Source of the DNA: an uncultured Rivularia sp.
GTDB taxonomy: Bacteria; Cyanobacteriota; Cyanobacteriia; Cyanobacteriales; Nostocaceae
Assembly (NCBI GenBank): GCA_963665115.1
Contig: OY762007.1
Span: forward strand, 3,456,001-3,520,000
DNA: 64,000 nt
Direction of reading: 5' to 3'
Below, one piece after another: positions 51,921 to 64,000 of this stretch (its first letter is position 1; the number at the start of each line of letters is the position of its first letter). The notes beneath the pieces are model-generated. The model was given only the letters and a program-made list of their open reading frames with translations, made no database searches and was not told where the DNA came from. Position numbers and translations under genes: made by a program.

Positions 51921-54875
51921 CTAACTGCTAACTGTAAACGCACCGACACTATCTTGAAGACGTTGGGAAATTTCTACAGTTTTTTGCAGTGAATTAGAAA
52001 CTTCCTCGGAAGAAACGGTAGTGCGCTGCGAGATATCGGCAATATCCTTCATTAAGTGACTAACTTCTTGAGATGTTTGTACTTGAGATGCGGTTGCTTC
52101 GGAAATCGATTTTACTAAAGTGTCTATTTGACGAGAAACTTGTAAAATCTCATTCAAGGAATATTTTGCACCTTCAACAACGCGGGTTCCCTCTACTACC
52201 TGAGAAACTCCAACTTCCATTGATTCTACTAATTCGCTGGTTTCTCGCTGAATATTTTCTACTACTTGCTCGATTTCTTTGGTAGCCGAAGCACTTCTAA
52301 CTGCAAGCTCTCCTACTTCTTCGGCGACTACCGCAAAACCTTGCCCTTCCTCACCCGCACGGGCTGCTTCGATTCCGGCGTTGATTGCTAGCAGGTTGGT
52401 TTGCATGGAAATTTGATTGATTAAGGCTACCACTCTGGTAATTTCTTGAGTCGATTCACCCAAACGTTTTACTTTTTTCGCAGTCTCTCCAACCGTTTCT
52501 CGCAAATGAACAATACTTTCTACCGTTAAATCCATTGCCGCACCACTTTGTGTAGCAGTGGTAGCAGCGGAGTTAGCGACTACAGCAGCTTCATGAGCGT
52601 TTTGTGCTACTGCTTTCATCGAATAAGTCATGCTATCTACAGCATTTAAAGTACGGCTGATTTCCGAAGCTTGGGTTTTAGCTTCTTCTGTTAATTTACC
52701 GATAGCATTAGAGTTTGAACCTAGAGAGTCATTTACTTGAGAAGCTGATGTTTTAACTTCAGTAACAATTTCTCGCAAACTTTCAACAATTGAGTTGAAG
52801 AAATCCGCAACGGTACCAATTTCCCCTTCATTTACATCAGCCCGTACCGTTAAATCGCCAGATGCTGCACCTTCAATATCTTCAAGCAATTCCAGAAGTT
52901 GCATTTGCAGTTTTTCTTTCTGCTCTCTTTCCTGCTCGGAACTAGTTTCGGCTGTTTCACGCTTGTACTGAATCTGTTGTAAAAGTTCGGCTTGCTCTAA
53001 AGCGTAACCACTTTGGATTGCAACTTGTCTAAACAAATTAACTTCTATCTCTTCCCAAGCTCTTGTACCAGTGGAATCATGAGCTGCAAATAAACCGTAT
53101 AGTTTATTATTTACAAAAACTGGTGCTAACAAAAACGCTTTGATATCTAAATCTCTAAGCTGCTCTAAGTAAGATTCAGTCAAGCGTAAATCTTGAATGT
53201 TTTCTACCACTTTGATGCTGCCGAATTCATATTCTTCAGGGTATTCTGTCACCTGATAAGGATCGTTAATTTTTTTCCCTAACACAGTATTCAAAGTATA
53301 ATCCACCGATTCGGCAACTATCTCACCTTGCGATGCATTTAAGCGATAGAAAACCACCCGATTTACCTGTAAAGTTTCTTGGGTAGTTGTTACGACTGTA
53401 TCGAGAATTGTCTCTATACTAAGAGTCTCTCGGATACGACTAGTAATTTGGTTTAACTGTAATGCGATTTTTGCTTCTATTTGCTGACGATAAACTTGTT
53501 CGTTGATTTTCTCAGCCATGCGATTAAAACTAACCGCTAAATCGCCAATTTCATCGGTAGCAAAAACCTCCGCACGAGAAGAGCGATCGCCTGCTTCAAA
53601 TTTCTGTGCTGTTTCTTGTAGGTTTTCAATCGGACGAATCATCCCCCTACGTAAAATTACCCACCAAAGACCAACTAATAGCAATGTGATAAAGATAGTG
53701 AAAGCTTGTATTCCCAAACTTTGTTGAAGCAAACTATTGAACTTTGTTTCAGGAGTTCCCCGTACCAAAATTGCCGGAGGTTGCTTTGAGTAAATAAATT
53801 TTTGTCCTTCAGCTTCTTCAATTATTTGATTGGGAATAGCCTTAGCTGCAACTGTATAATTTACCCCTCCCACGCTAACACCTTGAGTAACTACTTCACC
53901 TCCAGATTTTGCTGCTGCTTCTAATAAAGATTTACTGGAGGGAGGTAAAGGTACATTCGGTGTGGCTCGATCAACATTTCCTTCAGGATTATTCTGAAGA
54001 GATGTGATTAAATTAAATTCTCCTGTTTGGTTTGAATAAACAGCACTGTAACCACCATCAAAAGCCTTCAAAGTTCTTTTTACAATCGCATCTTTTCCGT
54101 TGACAATATCCCCAGAAACTAAAGCAGCTACAACTTCCTGAGTTTGAGGATTTCTAACAGGAGTCACCGTATAGCGAATTAAAGCATCTCGATTGCTCAA
54201 ACCTTCTGGCAGCGGTGGATTCTCTTTACTTAATTCCGATGCTTTAACAATCGCACTGGCTTTAATTTGTTGAGCATCTTGCAAAACTTGATTAACTAAC
54301 CCATTTAATTTGAAAGTCTCACCGGCGCGATCGGTATTAGCATTGACAATAATTTTTAAATCTTTTCCTACTAAAGTCGCATATTCAATATTTCTGGCTT
54401 TTATTTCGTTTTGTAAAATTTGTTTGACCGAATTTCTTAAGTTGCTATCTAAAGGACGGTTGAGAACGTTCAGGGTTGCTGCTCTAATAATCGCAGCATT
54501 ATCCGATTGTCCCCGAAAGCCAAAGCCCATTTGATCTATCTTGATATTGTAATTAATATCCGATACAGCGACTTCTGATTTAGCTTGTTCGCGTAACTGA
54601 GTCCGCAAACCTTGGGTAATAATTAACGTACCTCCGACACCTATTCCTAATATAGATACCAGTTGACAGAAAATTAAAGCAAATAATTGTTTGCGGCTAA
54701 TTGGTAAGTTATAAAACTTCCTTAGCAAAGGATTTCGCATCTTCGATGCAGATGTTTTAACTTGTTTCGTTTGTGGCGATACTTTGGAAGTATAATTCAT
54801 TGCTTTCTCAGAGAATTTTGTCAAGAATATATCTGAAGTTATCTGGTGATTTTTATTATCAGAATTATTGACCAT
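51921..54875 (-). CDS. Methyl-accepting chemotaxis protein (periplasmic sensor, HAMP, Cys-less GAF, MA domain)
   Basis: Two TM helices, [36 protein letters not shown]. Confidence 0.92.
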   Translation of the reverse strand: MVNNSDNKNHQITSDIFLTKFSEKAMNYTSKVSPQTKQVKTSASKMRNPLLRKFYNLPISRKQLFALIFCQLVSILGIGVGGTLIITQGLRTQLREQAKSEVAVSDINYNIKIDQMGFGFRGQSDNAAIIRAATLNVLNRPLDSNLRNSVKQILQNEIKARNIEYATLVGKDLKIIVNANTDRAGETFKLNGLVNQVLQDAQQIKASAIVKASELSKENPPLPEGLSNRDALIRYTVTPVRNPQTQEVVAALVSGDIVNGKDAIVKRTLKAFDGGYSAVYSNQTGEFNLITSLQNNPEGNVDRATPNVPLPPSSKSLLEAAAKSGGEVVTQGVSVGGVNYTVAAKAIPNQIIEEAEGQKFIYSKQPPAILVRGTPETKFNSLLQQSLGIQAFTIFITLLLVGLWWVILRRGMIRPIENLQETAQKFEAGDRSSRAEVFATDEIGDLAVSFNRMAEKINEQVYRQQIEAKIALQLNQITSRIRETLSIETILDTVVTTTQETLQVNRVVFYRLNASQGEIVAESVDYTLNTVLGKKINDPYQVTEYPEEYEFGSIKVVENIQDLRLTESYLEQLRDLDIKAFLLAPVFVNNKLYGLFAAHDSTGTRAWEEIEVNLFRQVAIQSGYALEQAELLQQIQYKRETAETSSEQEREQKEKLQMQLLELLEDIEGAASGDLTVRADVNEGEIGTVADFFNSIVESLREIVTEVKTSASQVNDSLGSNSNAIGKLTEEAKTQASEISRTLNAVDSMTYSMKAVAQNAHEAAVVANSAATTATQSGAAMDLTVESIVHLRETVGETAKKVKRLGESTQEITRVVALINQISMQTNLLAINAGIEAARAGEEGQGFAVVAEEVGELAVRSASATKEIEQVVENIQRETSELVESMEVGVSQVVEGTRVVEGAKYSLNEILQVSRQIDTLVKSISEATASQVQTSQEVSHLMKDIADISQRTTVSSEEVSNSLQKTVEISQRLQDSVGAFTVSS

Positions 54876-55436
54876 AAGCCGTCTTAAAAGAATTTAGTAA
54901 GCTAGATTAAAACAAAGCTCAGCGGGTTTATAATTATGTGTAAATACTGCTATTTTTAACCTTTATGTGAATAAACTTTATACTATATTTGAAGCGCTAG
55001 ATTTAAATTCGGTTAAACTTTATAATGCCATATTCCAACAAGTTGACAACCATTAAACTAAGAAGAATATTTATAACAGATTGTCTGCAATCGATAGATA
55101 ATCTTGCTTAATAGCAATTATCTCAGACAAAAGAAAAATATTGCAATATGTTTGTTTTCATAATTAATTTACAATATTATCTTTAAAATCTATGTATATT
55201 AAGTAACTCAGAGTCTTTAATTAGATGAACAATTATTAAAAAAAATATTGATGTTAGGTAACTACACTCATTTAATAATCATTATCGCTTAACAATCAAG
55301 CAAATAGCTGTAAGCTTATATTAAAGATATTCTTTTTTAAAGTAATTTTTTCAACAAGAAAATGTATAGATTAAAAATTTAATTACAGATGCAGCAAGTT
55401 TATTTTTCGGCTTGCTGATGAGCAATATACTTTGAT

Positions 55437-55585
55437 ACTTACCCCGCCGTATTGCTCTCTTATCCTTAGCAAAGAGAGGGGAAGGGGTGAGGTTTCGAGT
55501 GTATTAGACTCAACTGAAAATCACGAATAAATAGTACGTTTCATTAATCCCAAGGTATTGTAGAGACGTAGCAGTGCTACGTCTC
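55437..55585. repeat. Degenerate CCTCACCCC-type palindrome plus a GTAGAGACG palindrome
   Basis: ..AGAGAGGGGAAGGGGTGAGGTT (family of 6147-6453) and GTAGAGACGTAGCAGTGCTACGTCTC at 55560. Confidence 0.7.
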
Positions 55586-55772
55586 CAAGCTTAAAAAAAA
55601 ACCGGCATTAACAATACCAGGTTTCTTCATTCTTAAAAGTAATTAAAATAAAAATATCTTTTTGGTACAAATAAATTTATGGATTTAAAATAAAACTTCT
55701 TCAAAAATGCTAACTCAACAAAAAACGGAGTTACGAGTTGTAATTTATCAACTCATAACTCATGCAATTCCA

Positions 55773-58700
55773 TCATTGACTCTTACTGACTCCAGTTACA
55801 GAAAAGATCATGTCGTCTAATGTTCGCAGTAATTCTTGTTCGTTGTATGGTTTAGAGAAGTAAGCCCTAGCACCTAATTGCATTGCTAATTGCCGGTGTT
55901 TATTACTACTACGAGAAGTAAGCATGGCAACGGGTATATTTTTCAAGTCGCCATTTGATTTTACTCTACCTAAAAAGCCGTAACCATCTACACGAGGCAT
56001 TTCTATATCGCAAATTACAGCCTGTACGCTCAAACCACTGTGAAGTTTTTCTAAAGCGTCTTGCCCATCTTTTGCTTGTTCGACTAGATACCCTCCTTTC
56101 TCCAAGGTTAATGCTAAGAAGCGCCGGACGTTGATTGAATCATCTACAATCAAAATCGTACCTTTGCCTTTAGTTATGTGTTCTACAGCTTGTTCTTCTG
56201 TTTGATTTAAGAAAGCTGTTTTTAACCTTGTTGATGGCAGTTGATTATTTTTAGGAGTACGTTCGTTGGTAGCTATCCAGTAAAGTAACTCCCCGACGTT
56301 AGCTAAAGCTACTACCCTTCCATCACCAAGAACCGTACAGTTGTTAAAGCCCGAGGGTAAAGGTATATCTCCTTCAACACGACGAATCGCAACTTCCATT
56401 TCTCCCCAACAACGGTCAATTTTGATTGCTACTAACTGATTGCTATTTTTGACAATTAATACGCTGGTAGCATTAATTGCTGGAGGAGTTTCTAAATCAG
56501 GGTTGTTGTAACGAGGACAGTTAAACTGTAAATAATCAGTCAGTCCAATTAAAGGTACAGTTTTTCCTTGCCAATTTAGAACTTGCCCGCCACCTACAGG
56601 GGAAACTTGTTCTTCATCGAGTAAGAATATTTCTTCAACAACATCTGTGGGGAAAGCTAGTAACATTCTACTGCTTTCTACCAATAGAACTCGGGAAACC
56701 GAGAGTGTGAAAGGCATTGACAGCGTAAAGGTGGTTCCAACTCCCGCTTCAGTATCAACTTTAATATCTCCCCTGACTTGTTTGAGGTTGTTACGAACCA
56801 CATCCATACCCACACCACGACCAGATAATGTTGTAACTTGGTCGGATGTTGTAAATCCAGGTTCAAAAATCAACGATAATATTTCTTCGTCGGTAGCTTG
56901 ATTAATCAAAGATTCATCCAAGCCCATTCCAATAGCGCGATCGCGAATTTTCTCTAAGGAAATACCGTTACCATCATCTTGCATGGTAATTATGGTGCGA
57001 TTGGAACGGTTAGCGGCTTTGATTTCAATCAAACCTTGTTCTGGTTTTCCTTTCTGTTTTCTGACAGGTGGTTTCTCAATGCCGTGATCGAAGGCATTTC
57101 TCAGCAAGTGCATTAAGGGGTCGTTTAAAGCTTCTAAAATGCTCCTCTCAATGAGAATGTTACCGCCTTCTATTTTTAATTGAGCATTTTTACCATATTC
57201 TACGCATAAATCGCGCAAAGCCCTGGGAAAACGGTCGGTTAAATCGGATAGCGGACGCATCCGTACTTGAGTCAGCTTGCGCTGTAATTGCTTTGAGGTT
57301 TTATTTAATTTCCGCGAAATATTATCTGTATCGTCAAGGCTTATTTGGACATCTGTTGTCACCTCTTGCACCATGACGATGGTTTCCATCACTTCTTGGG
57401 AAAGTAGGTTCAACTCGTTGTAGCGGTCCATTTCTAAAGCATCAAATCCATTATTAATGCTATCCGAATCGTAATCATTACTATCAATATTTCCACCGTT
57501 TCCTGGAACTAAGGCAAAAGTCGGAACTGTGGATTTTACTGTAGTTTGAGTAGATATTTTATCGTATGCAGTACGCAAATGTTGATTTTCGCGGTCTAAA
57601 ACTTGCACTCTTTGTCCAAGATTGCGAACTAATTTACGCAATCTTTCCATTTGCAAGTTTAGTCCGTTGCGTTGAATAATCAGTTCGCCGAATAAATCGT
57701 TGATTTCTTCAAGTTGCTTGCTGGGAACCCGGACTGTATTTTCGACTGATTCACTTTTAGCCGCAACTGGTTCGGGTTTGCGTTCGACAAATGGTTGGGC
57801 TACAGTAGCAGGAATTTCTTGAGCGCCGGGTGTATGTACCTCCACATCATCGAATTCCGAAGCAGCGCTTTCTTGAGCAAAAGCCGCTTCTAAAGCTTCA
57901 AAATCTGCCGTAATTACATCGTCAACAAGCCAATCTTGTTCTGCTGTATTTTCTACTAATTCTATTTCTTCTACTGTTTCTGCTTCTTGTATTTCTGGTA
58001 TTTCTATTGATTGTGTAAAATCCGATTCTAATTCTAGTGGTGCAATAGCTCCCAAAGATTCAGTCTCACCAAGTTCACCAAGTTCCAACTGTGTAGGTAA
58101 GCTTTCAGTCTGAGAAGTTAGAACCAAAGCCTGAGAACGTCGCCAACCAGCAAGGGCTGCATTGGCAATTTCTTCAACTTGCTCGGGTGGTGCAACTTCT
58201 AAGTGATATTGAACTGATTCGCAATAACTGCTAAAAGCCTGTAGTTGCAGCATTTCACCCAAACCAGCCAATTCTGCTGCCATAATAGCAACTTCTTCTT
58301 TTAGGCAAGGTTGCTCGCTGTCTGCCAATACAGATTCCAGACGCTGCAAACAGCCTTCCACTTCCGTTTCAAACAGCAGCGGAATAATATCTTGTCCATC
58401 TTCAGGAGACAGCATTGAAGAAGCATCTTCCGGAGTCGGATCGCCCAAACGCTCGTGCAATTCCTCAAAAACCGGATAGCAAAAACTTGCTAGCCACTGC
58501 TCTTCTAACTCATGCCCTTCTGAATGCAGTTCTACTATTTGTCGCAGCCAATCAACACCGGAAAGAAGCAGACTCTGTAACTGAGTATCTACTTCCAGAG
58601 AACTTTTTCTAGTTTTGAGAACTTTGAACGAATCTTCCAGACGGTGAGCCAAATCGCTCAAAGAGCGAAATCCCATCATCGCCGCTCCTCCTTTGATGGA

Positions 58701-58851
58701 ATGAGCGGCCCCGAAGCGCACCGTTTATCTTTTCCAAATCGATGCGGTTGCTGGTGTCGATGTCTAGCAATACCCCTTCAATAGTGTTGAGGTAGTCGCT
58801 AGCTTCCTCCAGAAACTGCATCTGGATTTCAAACTCTTTGTCCTGTGACAT
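55773..58851 (-). CDS. cheA: CheA-like hybrid kinase (Hpt, HATPase, CheW, receiver); +1 frameshift near 58710
   Basis: QFLEEA..LRAAHSIKGGA after removing one G; HLLRNAFDHG, SGRGVGMDVV, receiver DIEMPRVDG. Confidence 0.93.
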
Positions 58852-58865
58852 ATTATTTGTCCCTA

Positions 58866-58932
58866 GCCATTAGTCATCAGTTATTAGTTGTTAGTTGTTA
58901 GTTTTTAGTTCTTAGTTGTTAGTTCTTAGTTA
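58866..58932. repeat. STRR tract (TTAGTTG/TTAGTTC)
   Basis: Tandem 7-mers between the MCP and cheA genes. Confidence 0.8.
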
Positions 58933-58972
58933 TTTATAACCACAAACTTCCGAAGCTAGTAACCAATTACTC

Positions 58973-61792
58973 TTAACTGACCTTAAATGTACCGACACTT
59001 TCCTGTAATTGTTGGGAAATTGCAACGGTTTGTTGCAACGATTCGGAAACTTGACGAGAAGAACTACTAGTACGCTGTGAAACAGCAGCAATTTCTTTCA
59101 TCAAAACGCTAACCTGGTGAGATGTTTCTACACCGCGATTTGTAGTTGTAGAAATCGACTGTACCAAGTCATCTATTTGGCGCGAAACCTCTAAAATCTG
59201 ACTTAATGACAGCTTAGCATCTTCCACAATATGCGTTCCTTCAACCACCTGCGATACTCCTACTTCCATTGCTTGGACAACATCGGTAGTTTCGCGCTGA
59301 ATATTTTCGACAATTTGTTCTATCTCGTTAGTCGCAGCAGCACTTCTTGCAGCTAATTCGCCGACTTCTTCCGCAACCACAGCAAAACCTTGACCTTCCT
59401 CACCAGCCCGTGCTGCTTCGATTCCAGCGTTAATTGCCAATAAGTTGGTTTGCATGGAAATTTGGTTAATCAATGCTACCACACGAGAAATTTGCTGCGT
59501 GGATTCACCCAAACGTTTTACTTTTTTAGCAGTTTCGCCTACGGTTTCTCGTAAACCTAAAATATTTTGTACCGTCAATTCCATCGCTTTCCCAGAATTT
59601 GCAGCGGTACTTCTAGCGGTATTGGCGATCGCCGCAGCTTCTTGAGCATTCTGTGCAACTGCCTGCATCGATTGTGTCATTTCATCAACAGCATCCAAGG
59701 TGCTAGTGATTTCTGCTGCTTGGGCAAGGGCTTGTTCTGCTAAGTCGTTAATTGCACCAGAGTTGTCACCAATCGCTTGATTTACCTCAATCGCTGAGGT
59801 TTGAACTTGGGTAACGATATCGCGCAAACTTTCCACAATCGAGTTGAAAAAGTCGGCTACCGTTCCAATGTCTCCAGCAGTAACATCAGCACGTACCGTT
59901 AAGTCACCTTGAGCAGCACCTTCTACTTCACTTAGCAACTCAATCAACTGCATTTGCAGTTCTTCTTTCTGATGTCTTTCGTCATCGGAATCAGTTTGGG
60001 CTAACTGTCGGGCTTTCTCAACTTCCTCCAACAGTTTGGCTTGTTCTAAAGCAAAACCGATTTGAGTTGCCAGTTGTTTAAACAAATCAATTTCTTGTTG
60101 CTGCCATTCTCGCGGAGTTTCACAATTATGAGCAATCAACAAACCCATCAAATTGTCGTGAATCAAAATTGGTGCAACTAAATTAGCTTTAACTGCAAAC
60201 TGTTCCAACATTTGCACGTAGCAGTCGGCTTTCTTCAAACCAGCATCATCGTAAATATTGGCGATCGCCCGTACCCGACCGTTTTTATACATTTGTACTT
60301 GACGTTCGCGGAAACAGGGATCGTCAATATAAACTCCTTTCATTTTGGGGAATCCAGCACTTACCGATTCGGCAACTACCGCTCCATCCCAATCGGGATT
60401 AAATTCGTAAATAACAACTCTATCTGTTTTCAAAGCTTGACGAATTTCTCTAACTGCCGTTTTCTCAATATCGTCTACTTTGAGGCTTCTACGGATACGT
60501 ATAGTAATATCTGCTTTTAGCTTTTCCCTTGCAGCTTCAGCTTCTTGTTCTTTGAGCAGCAGTTGTAATTGAGAAGCCATTTGATTGATGTTGGCATTTA
60601 ACAACCCAATTTCATCTTCGCCTTCCACATCCAAACGGGTATTGAATTGACCTTTACCCAGTTTTGCAACTGCTTGTGTAGCATCCAAAATCGGCTGCGT
60701 AGCTCGTTTTGCTAACCAAGCTGCAATAGCTGCTACAGCTACTGCCGTTAACAACGTTCCTACAGCGATAGTTAATAGTAAATTTCTTTGCGGCATAAAT
60801 GCAGTCTCAGCATCTATGGCTAAAACTACATCCCAATTCAAAGCTGGTAAGCCTTCTATTTGTATTTGTTCTGTTGATGGGATGTAACTTACTAATTCTG
60901 CTTCGGAATGGTCTTTATGTTTGATAACATCTGTAAAAGCTTTTTCTACATCAGCTTTTTGAGATACTTCTGGATATTCTTCCGCAAGTGCTTTACCTAC
61001 ATATTCTCCTTCCGCACTGAGAAAAATCTTATTTTGGGCATCAGCGATATGATATTTTTGCGCGGAACCAGTATAATTTTTAACTACATTTTCTAATGAT
61101 TTAACCGGCATCCTAGCAATCACTACAGATGTAATTTGTTCGCTACCAGGGTTCTTGATCGGAGCAGCAGTATAAATGAAGCCATTACCGTTATAAATTA
61201 TTGGCTCACTGATAACAGCATTTCCACTATTTTTAGCTTGCTTGAAATAATTTATATTACCTTGATTGCTAAAATTAGTTCTTTGAGATTGAACAATTGC
61301 ATCTCCATTTAAGTTAAAAACGCCGATGCCATCATATACTTTATATGTATTCACGTAATCATCCAGTACTGCCTTTTTTTGAGCAGAATTTGTCCCTGAG
61401 CTTTTGATAGTTGGCAGATTCGAGATTACCTGAATATCGCCATAACGCTCAAACATGAAGCGGTTAACTTTATCTGCAAAACCTTTTGTCTCTACTTGCT
61501 GTAAACTAAAAACTTTGTTCCTTAGTGAGTTACTGGCGGCAATATAGCCTCCCAATCCAATAGCGAACACTGGAACCGTCACCATTGCGATCGCCAAAAT
61601 TGTAGTTTTGGTACTCAAGCTCAATCGCTTAAATCGAGCCATTAAACCATTAGAGGAAACATTGCCAGTATTTCCTACAGTCATTTGTGTGGAAGATAGT
61701 TGTACTGCATTATCAGTCTTACTAGAAGATGAAATAAGTGATGCCTCCGCAGGGACATCACCACTCTTAGCCGAATCAGTTTTATTAAGCAT
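58973..61792 (-). CDS. Photosensory MCP (Cache-like sensor, HAMP, one DXCF CBCR GAF, MA domain)
   Basis: [52 protein letters not shown]. Confidence 0.92.
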   Translation of the reverse strand: MLNKTDSAKSGDVPAEASLISSSSKTDNAVQLSSTQMTVGNTGNVSSNGLMARFKRLSLSTKTTILAIAMVTVPVFAIGLGGYIAASNSLRNKVFSLQQVETKGFADKVNRFMFERYGDIQVISNLPTIKSSGTNSAQKKAVLDDYVNTYKVYDGIGVFNLNGDAIVQSQRTNFSNQGNINYFKQAKNSGNAVISEPIIYNGNGFIYTAAPIKNPGSEQITSVVIARMPVKSLENVVKNYTGSAQKYHIADAQNKIFLSAEGEYVGKALAEEYPEVSQKADVEKAFTDVIKHKDHSEAELVSYIPSTEQIQIEGLPALNWDVVLAIDAETAFMPQRNLLLTIAVGTLLTAVAVAAIAAWLAKRATQPILDATQAVAKLGKGQFNTRLDVEGEDEIGLLNANINQMASQLQLLLKEQEAEAAREKLKADITIRIRRSLKVDDIEKTAVREIRQALKTDRVVIYEFNPDWDGAVVAESVSAGFPKMKGVYIDDPCFRERQVQMYKNGRVRAIANIYDDAGLKKADCYVQMLEQFAVKANLVAPILIHDNLMGLLIAHNCETPREWQQQEIDLFKQLATQIGFALEQAKLLEEVEKARQLAQTDSDDERHQKEELQMQLIELLSEVEGAAQGDLTVRADVTAGDIGTVADFFNSIVESLRDIVTQVQTSAIEVNQAIGDNSGAINDLAEQALAQAAEITSTLDAVDEMTQSMQAVAQNAQEAAAIANTARSTAANSGKAMELTVQNILGLRETVGETAKKVKRLGESTQQISRVVALINQISMQTNLLAINAGIEAARAGEEGQGFAVVAEEVGELAARSAAATNEIEQIVENIQRETTDVVQAMEVGVSQVVEGTHIVEDAKLSLSQILEVSRQIDDLVQSISTTTNRGVETSHQVSVLMKEIAAVSQRTSSSSRQVSESLQQTVAISQQLQESVGTFKVS

Positions 61793-61854
61793 AAATTAAT
61801 TGCCCAGTCGTGGTAAATTATTACACTAAACATCTATAAAATTTGTATTACACC

Positions 61855-62359
61855 CTACTCACTACGGAGATTAGAAGAATGCACTATCGCTTGTGCATCT
61901 AATACCAGTAATATTTCCTTTTGTTGAACAATGCATCCGCGTAAATAGGGAACTAAACTAGATGCAACCTGACCTATCGGAGAACCAATTTCGTCACTGT
62001 TAAACCTGAGAGTACCGACAATTTCATGTACTACTAAACCCAAAATCATCGAATCAGTACGAACAATGATTACACTGTACTGTCGGGGGCGATTCTGAGC
62101 GGATTGTAGATTGAGTATCTTGGGTAAGTCAACTACCCAAACGATACGACTTCGCCAATTCATTAATCCCAAAATACCGAAAGGCATATTGGGCATAGCT
62201 GTTACGGATTCTACAGACACAACCATTGCTTCTTGTGTCTGGTTCATCGACAAAATCGCAGGAGTTTGGGGGTTTATAAAAAACTTGAGATAACCATCCC
62301 CTAAGCTATCTTTGTCACGGTTTCTGTGCGTTAGCTAACGTAATGCTTGAATTATTCAT
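61855..62359 (-). CDS. cheW: CheW; +1 frameshift near 62321
   Basis: MPFGILGLMNWRSRIVWVVDL. ATG 62359 overlaps the cheY stop and joins after removing one A (CAGAAACCGT), giving LGDGYLKF. Confidence 0.9.
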
Positions 62360-62741
62360 TGATTAAAATTGCTACTGATTTGATCGCACGTAAAAGTTCT
62401 TCACGAGTATAAGGCTTTGTCACATAGGCATCAGCACCTTGTCTCATTGCCCATAAACGGTCAATCTCTTGATTTTTAGAACTGCAAATAACTATCGGAA
62501 GTTTCTGAGTCTCTGGATTTTTTTTCAGAGAACGACAAAGTTCAAAACCACTCATTCCCGGCATAACTACATCTGTAATAACTGCATCGGGTTTTTCTGA
62601 TTCCAACTTTTTTAATGCTTCCGTTCCGCCTGTAGCTTTTATTACTTTATATCCACTTTCATTTAAAAAATGACTTATTAATTCCAATTCACTAGGTGAA
62701 TCTTCTACAACTAAAATCGTTCCAAGTAAGGTAAGACTCAT
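62352..62741 (-). CDS. cheY: Single-domain CheY-like response regulator
   Basis: VVEDS, TDVVMPGMSG, CSSK, YVTKP. Confidence 0.92.
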   Translation of the reverse strand: MSLTLLGTILVVEDSPSELELISHFLNESGYKVIKATGGTEALKKLESEKPDAVITDVVMPGMSGFELCRSLKKNPETQKLPIVICSSKNQEIDRLWAMRQGADAYVTKPYTREELLRAIKSVAILINE

Positions 62742-62816
62742 TTTTATATATCCCAAGTTAGTTTAATCAGCATCTATTAAATTAGGTTACTATTATTCGC
62801 GGTAAATATTGAGATA

Positions 62817-63899
62817 TTAGCTGATATGCTTGAACACCACCTTTAACAAATCTGACTGTGTAAAAGGTTTAGTTAAATAGCCAGAAGCCCTCACCATCTT
62901 TGCTTTCGCTCTATCTATAAATCCAGTCCTCCCTGTTACCATAACGATAGGAATATTTTTAAAAGCCGAATGTCTTCGTAGCAAGGAACACAATTCATAA
63001 CCATCTAAATTTGGCATTTCCACGTCTAGTAAAATTAAGTCTGGCTTACTACGGAGAATTTGCATCAATGCTTTTACAGGATCGTTGATTGTAACAACCG
63101 AAAATTGCTCTTCATCTAAAAAACGTTTAATAGATTTCAAGATAGTTAAACTATCATCAATACAAGCAACTGTATATAATCGTTCTTTTGTACTTTTTGA
63201 AATATTTGTATTGTTGTTAACTTGACTTTTCTCTAAACTTCCTAAATCTGTTTGCTGAGATACCTGTTTCTCAGGTTCTGATAATGGCTTTGCTTGAATA
63301 GATAGTGCATTTGCGTTATTAACTACAGGTGAGACTTGTTGTGGTGTAACTTGCCCTCTTTCTACACGCCGACTTCTCAACCGTTTTTGAACACTTTCTA
63401 TCAAAGAACGTAAATCCAGATGACAGAATGAAGGTAGTTTTAATAAAGGATGTTCGCTCCTAAATTCGTAACTTCCCTCTTTTATTGTAAGAAACGATTC
63501 TAATACTACATGCGCTAATTCAGTTACTAAAATTTCTGCTTGGGGATAAGTGATATAGTCTCCATCAACTAACCAGCAAATTGCTTGATAATCGGCTTGA
63601 GAAGTTGACTCTTCTAGATCTTTAGTTTCAAAAATCATTCGCATTTGCACTCGTGCCGAACTATTCAGAGTCGGGATTTGCTGGTTCAACCGTCGCAAGT
63701 GAGTATCAAGTCGTTCAAATAGCTTATCTGAGGAAGAAGCATAGATCAGTTTACCTTCATCCATATAGATAGACCAAGAATTGGACTTAGTAAATACTCT
63801 TAAGCAACCTGTAGCACGACGGCTGCTAATCTGTGCTAGCAAAGATAGCGGATGGAGTTTCTGGAATAATTTGTAACTATCTATAGGTGTTGTACTCAT
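62817..63899 (-). CDS. PatA-family response regulator (PATAN plus receiver)
   Basis: ATGCLRV..WSIYMDEGKLIYAS N-domain; CIDDS, LDVEMP, YLTKP receiver; first gene of the taxis cluster. Confidence 0.9.
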   Translation of the reverse strand: MSTTPIDSYKLFQKLHPLSLLAQISSRRATGCLRVFTKSNSWSIYMDEGKLIYASSSDKLFERLDTHLRRLNQQIPTLNSSARVQMRMIFETKDLEESTSQADYQAICWLVDGDYITYPQAEILVTELAHVVLESFLTIKEGSYEFRSEHPLLKLPSFCHLDLRSLIESVQKRLRSRRVERGQVTPQQVSPVVNNANALSIQAKPLSEPEKQVSQQTDLGSLEKSQVNNNTNISKSTKERLYTVACIDDSLTILKSIKRFLDEEQFSVVTINDPVKALMQILRSKPDLILLDVEMPNLDGYELCSLLRRHSAFKNIPIVMVTGRTGFIDRAKAKMVRASGYLTKPFTQSDLLKVVFKHIS

Positions 63900-64000
63900 T
63901 TTGCCCTTATGACTATTAAATTTAATAAAATCCAGTCAAACTGTTACCGATTTGTCTTGCTATTTAAAAAATATTCTTTATATATCTTGGTAATAAATAG

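Overview
This is an AT-rich chromosomal window from a filamentous cyanobacterium, most likely Nostocales (Rivularia/Calothrix-like). The evidence is frequent HIP1 (GCGATCGC) sites, heptamer STRR arrays, small dispersed palindromes and the gene content. Contents in order: an RTX-type secreted protein; an uncharacterised outer-membrane-like protein convergent with a small secreted Ala/Gly-rich protein; lepA; a conserved small gene-GAF kinase-Nfu-GH57-Ser/Thr kinase run; WD40 proteins; a four-GAF phytochrome/cyanobacteriochrome kinase; an interrupted ATP-dependent DNA ligase; an OYE reductase; two membrane kinases; a DUF488 two-gene cassette; an AtzE/AtzG-like amidase pair; AbgT and GltS transporters; small accessory genes; modA-modBC; and a PatA-CheY-CheW-MCP-CheA-MCP taxis cluster. 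Eleven genes are frameshifted, ten by one extra base in a short homopolymer (including lepA, cheA, cheW), which is most likely sequencing error. Best leads: (1) a two-gene cassette pairing DUF488 with a protein carrying two beta-clamp-binding motifs (QLDLF, terminal QLSLF); (2) two 24-27 nt double-hairpin elements inserted at the same bond of HIP1 sites, one of which alone inactivates a DNA ligase; (3) an orphan TnpB 3'-end/omega-RNA-like remnant; (4) a nested MITE and palindromes translated inside proteins. All family assignments come from motif recognition, not database searches. No rRNA, tRNA or CRISPR array was seen.
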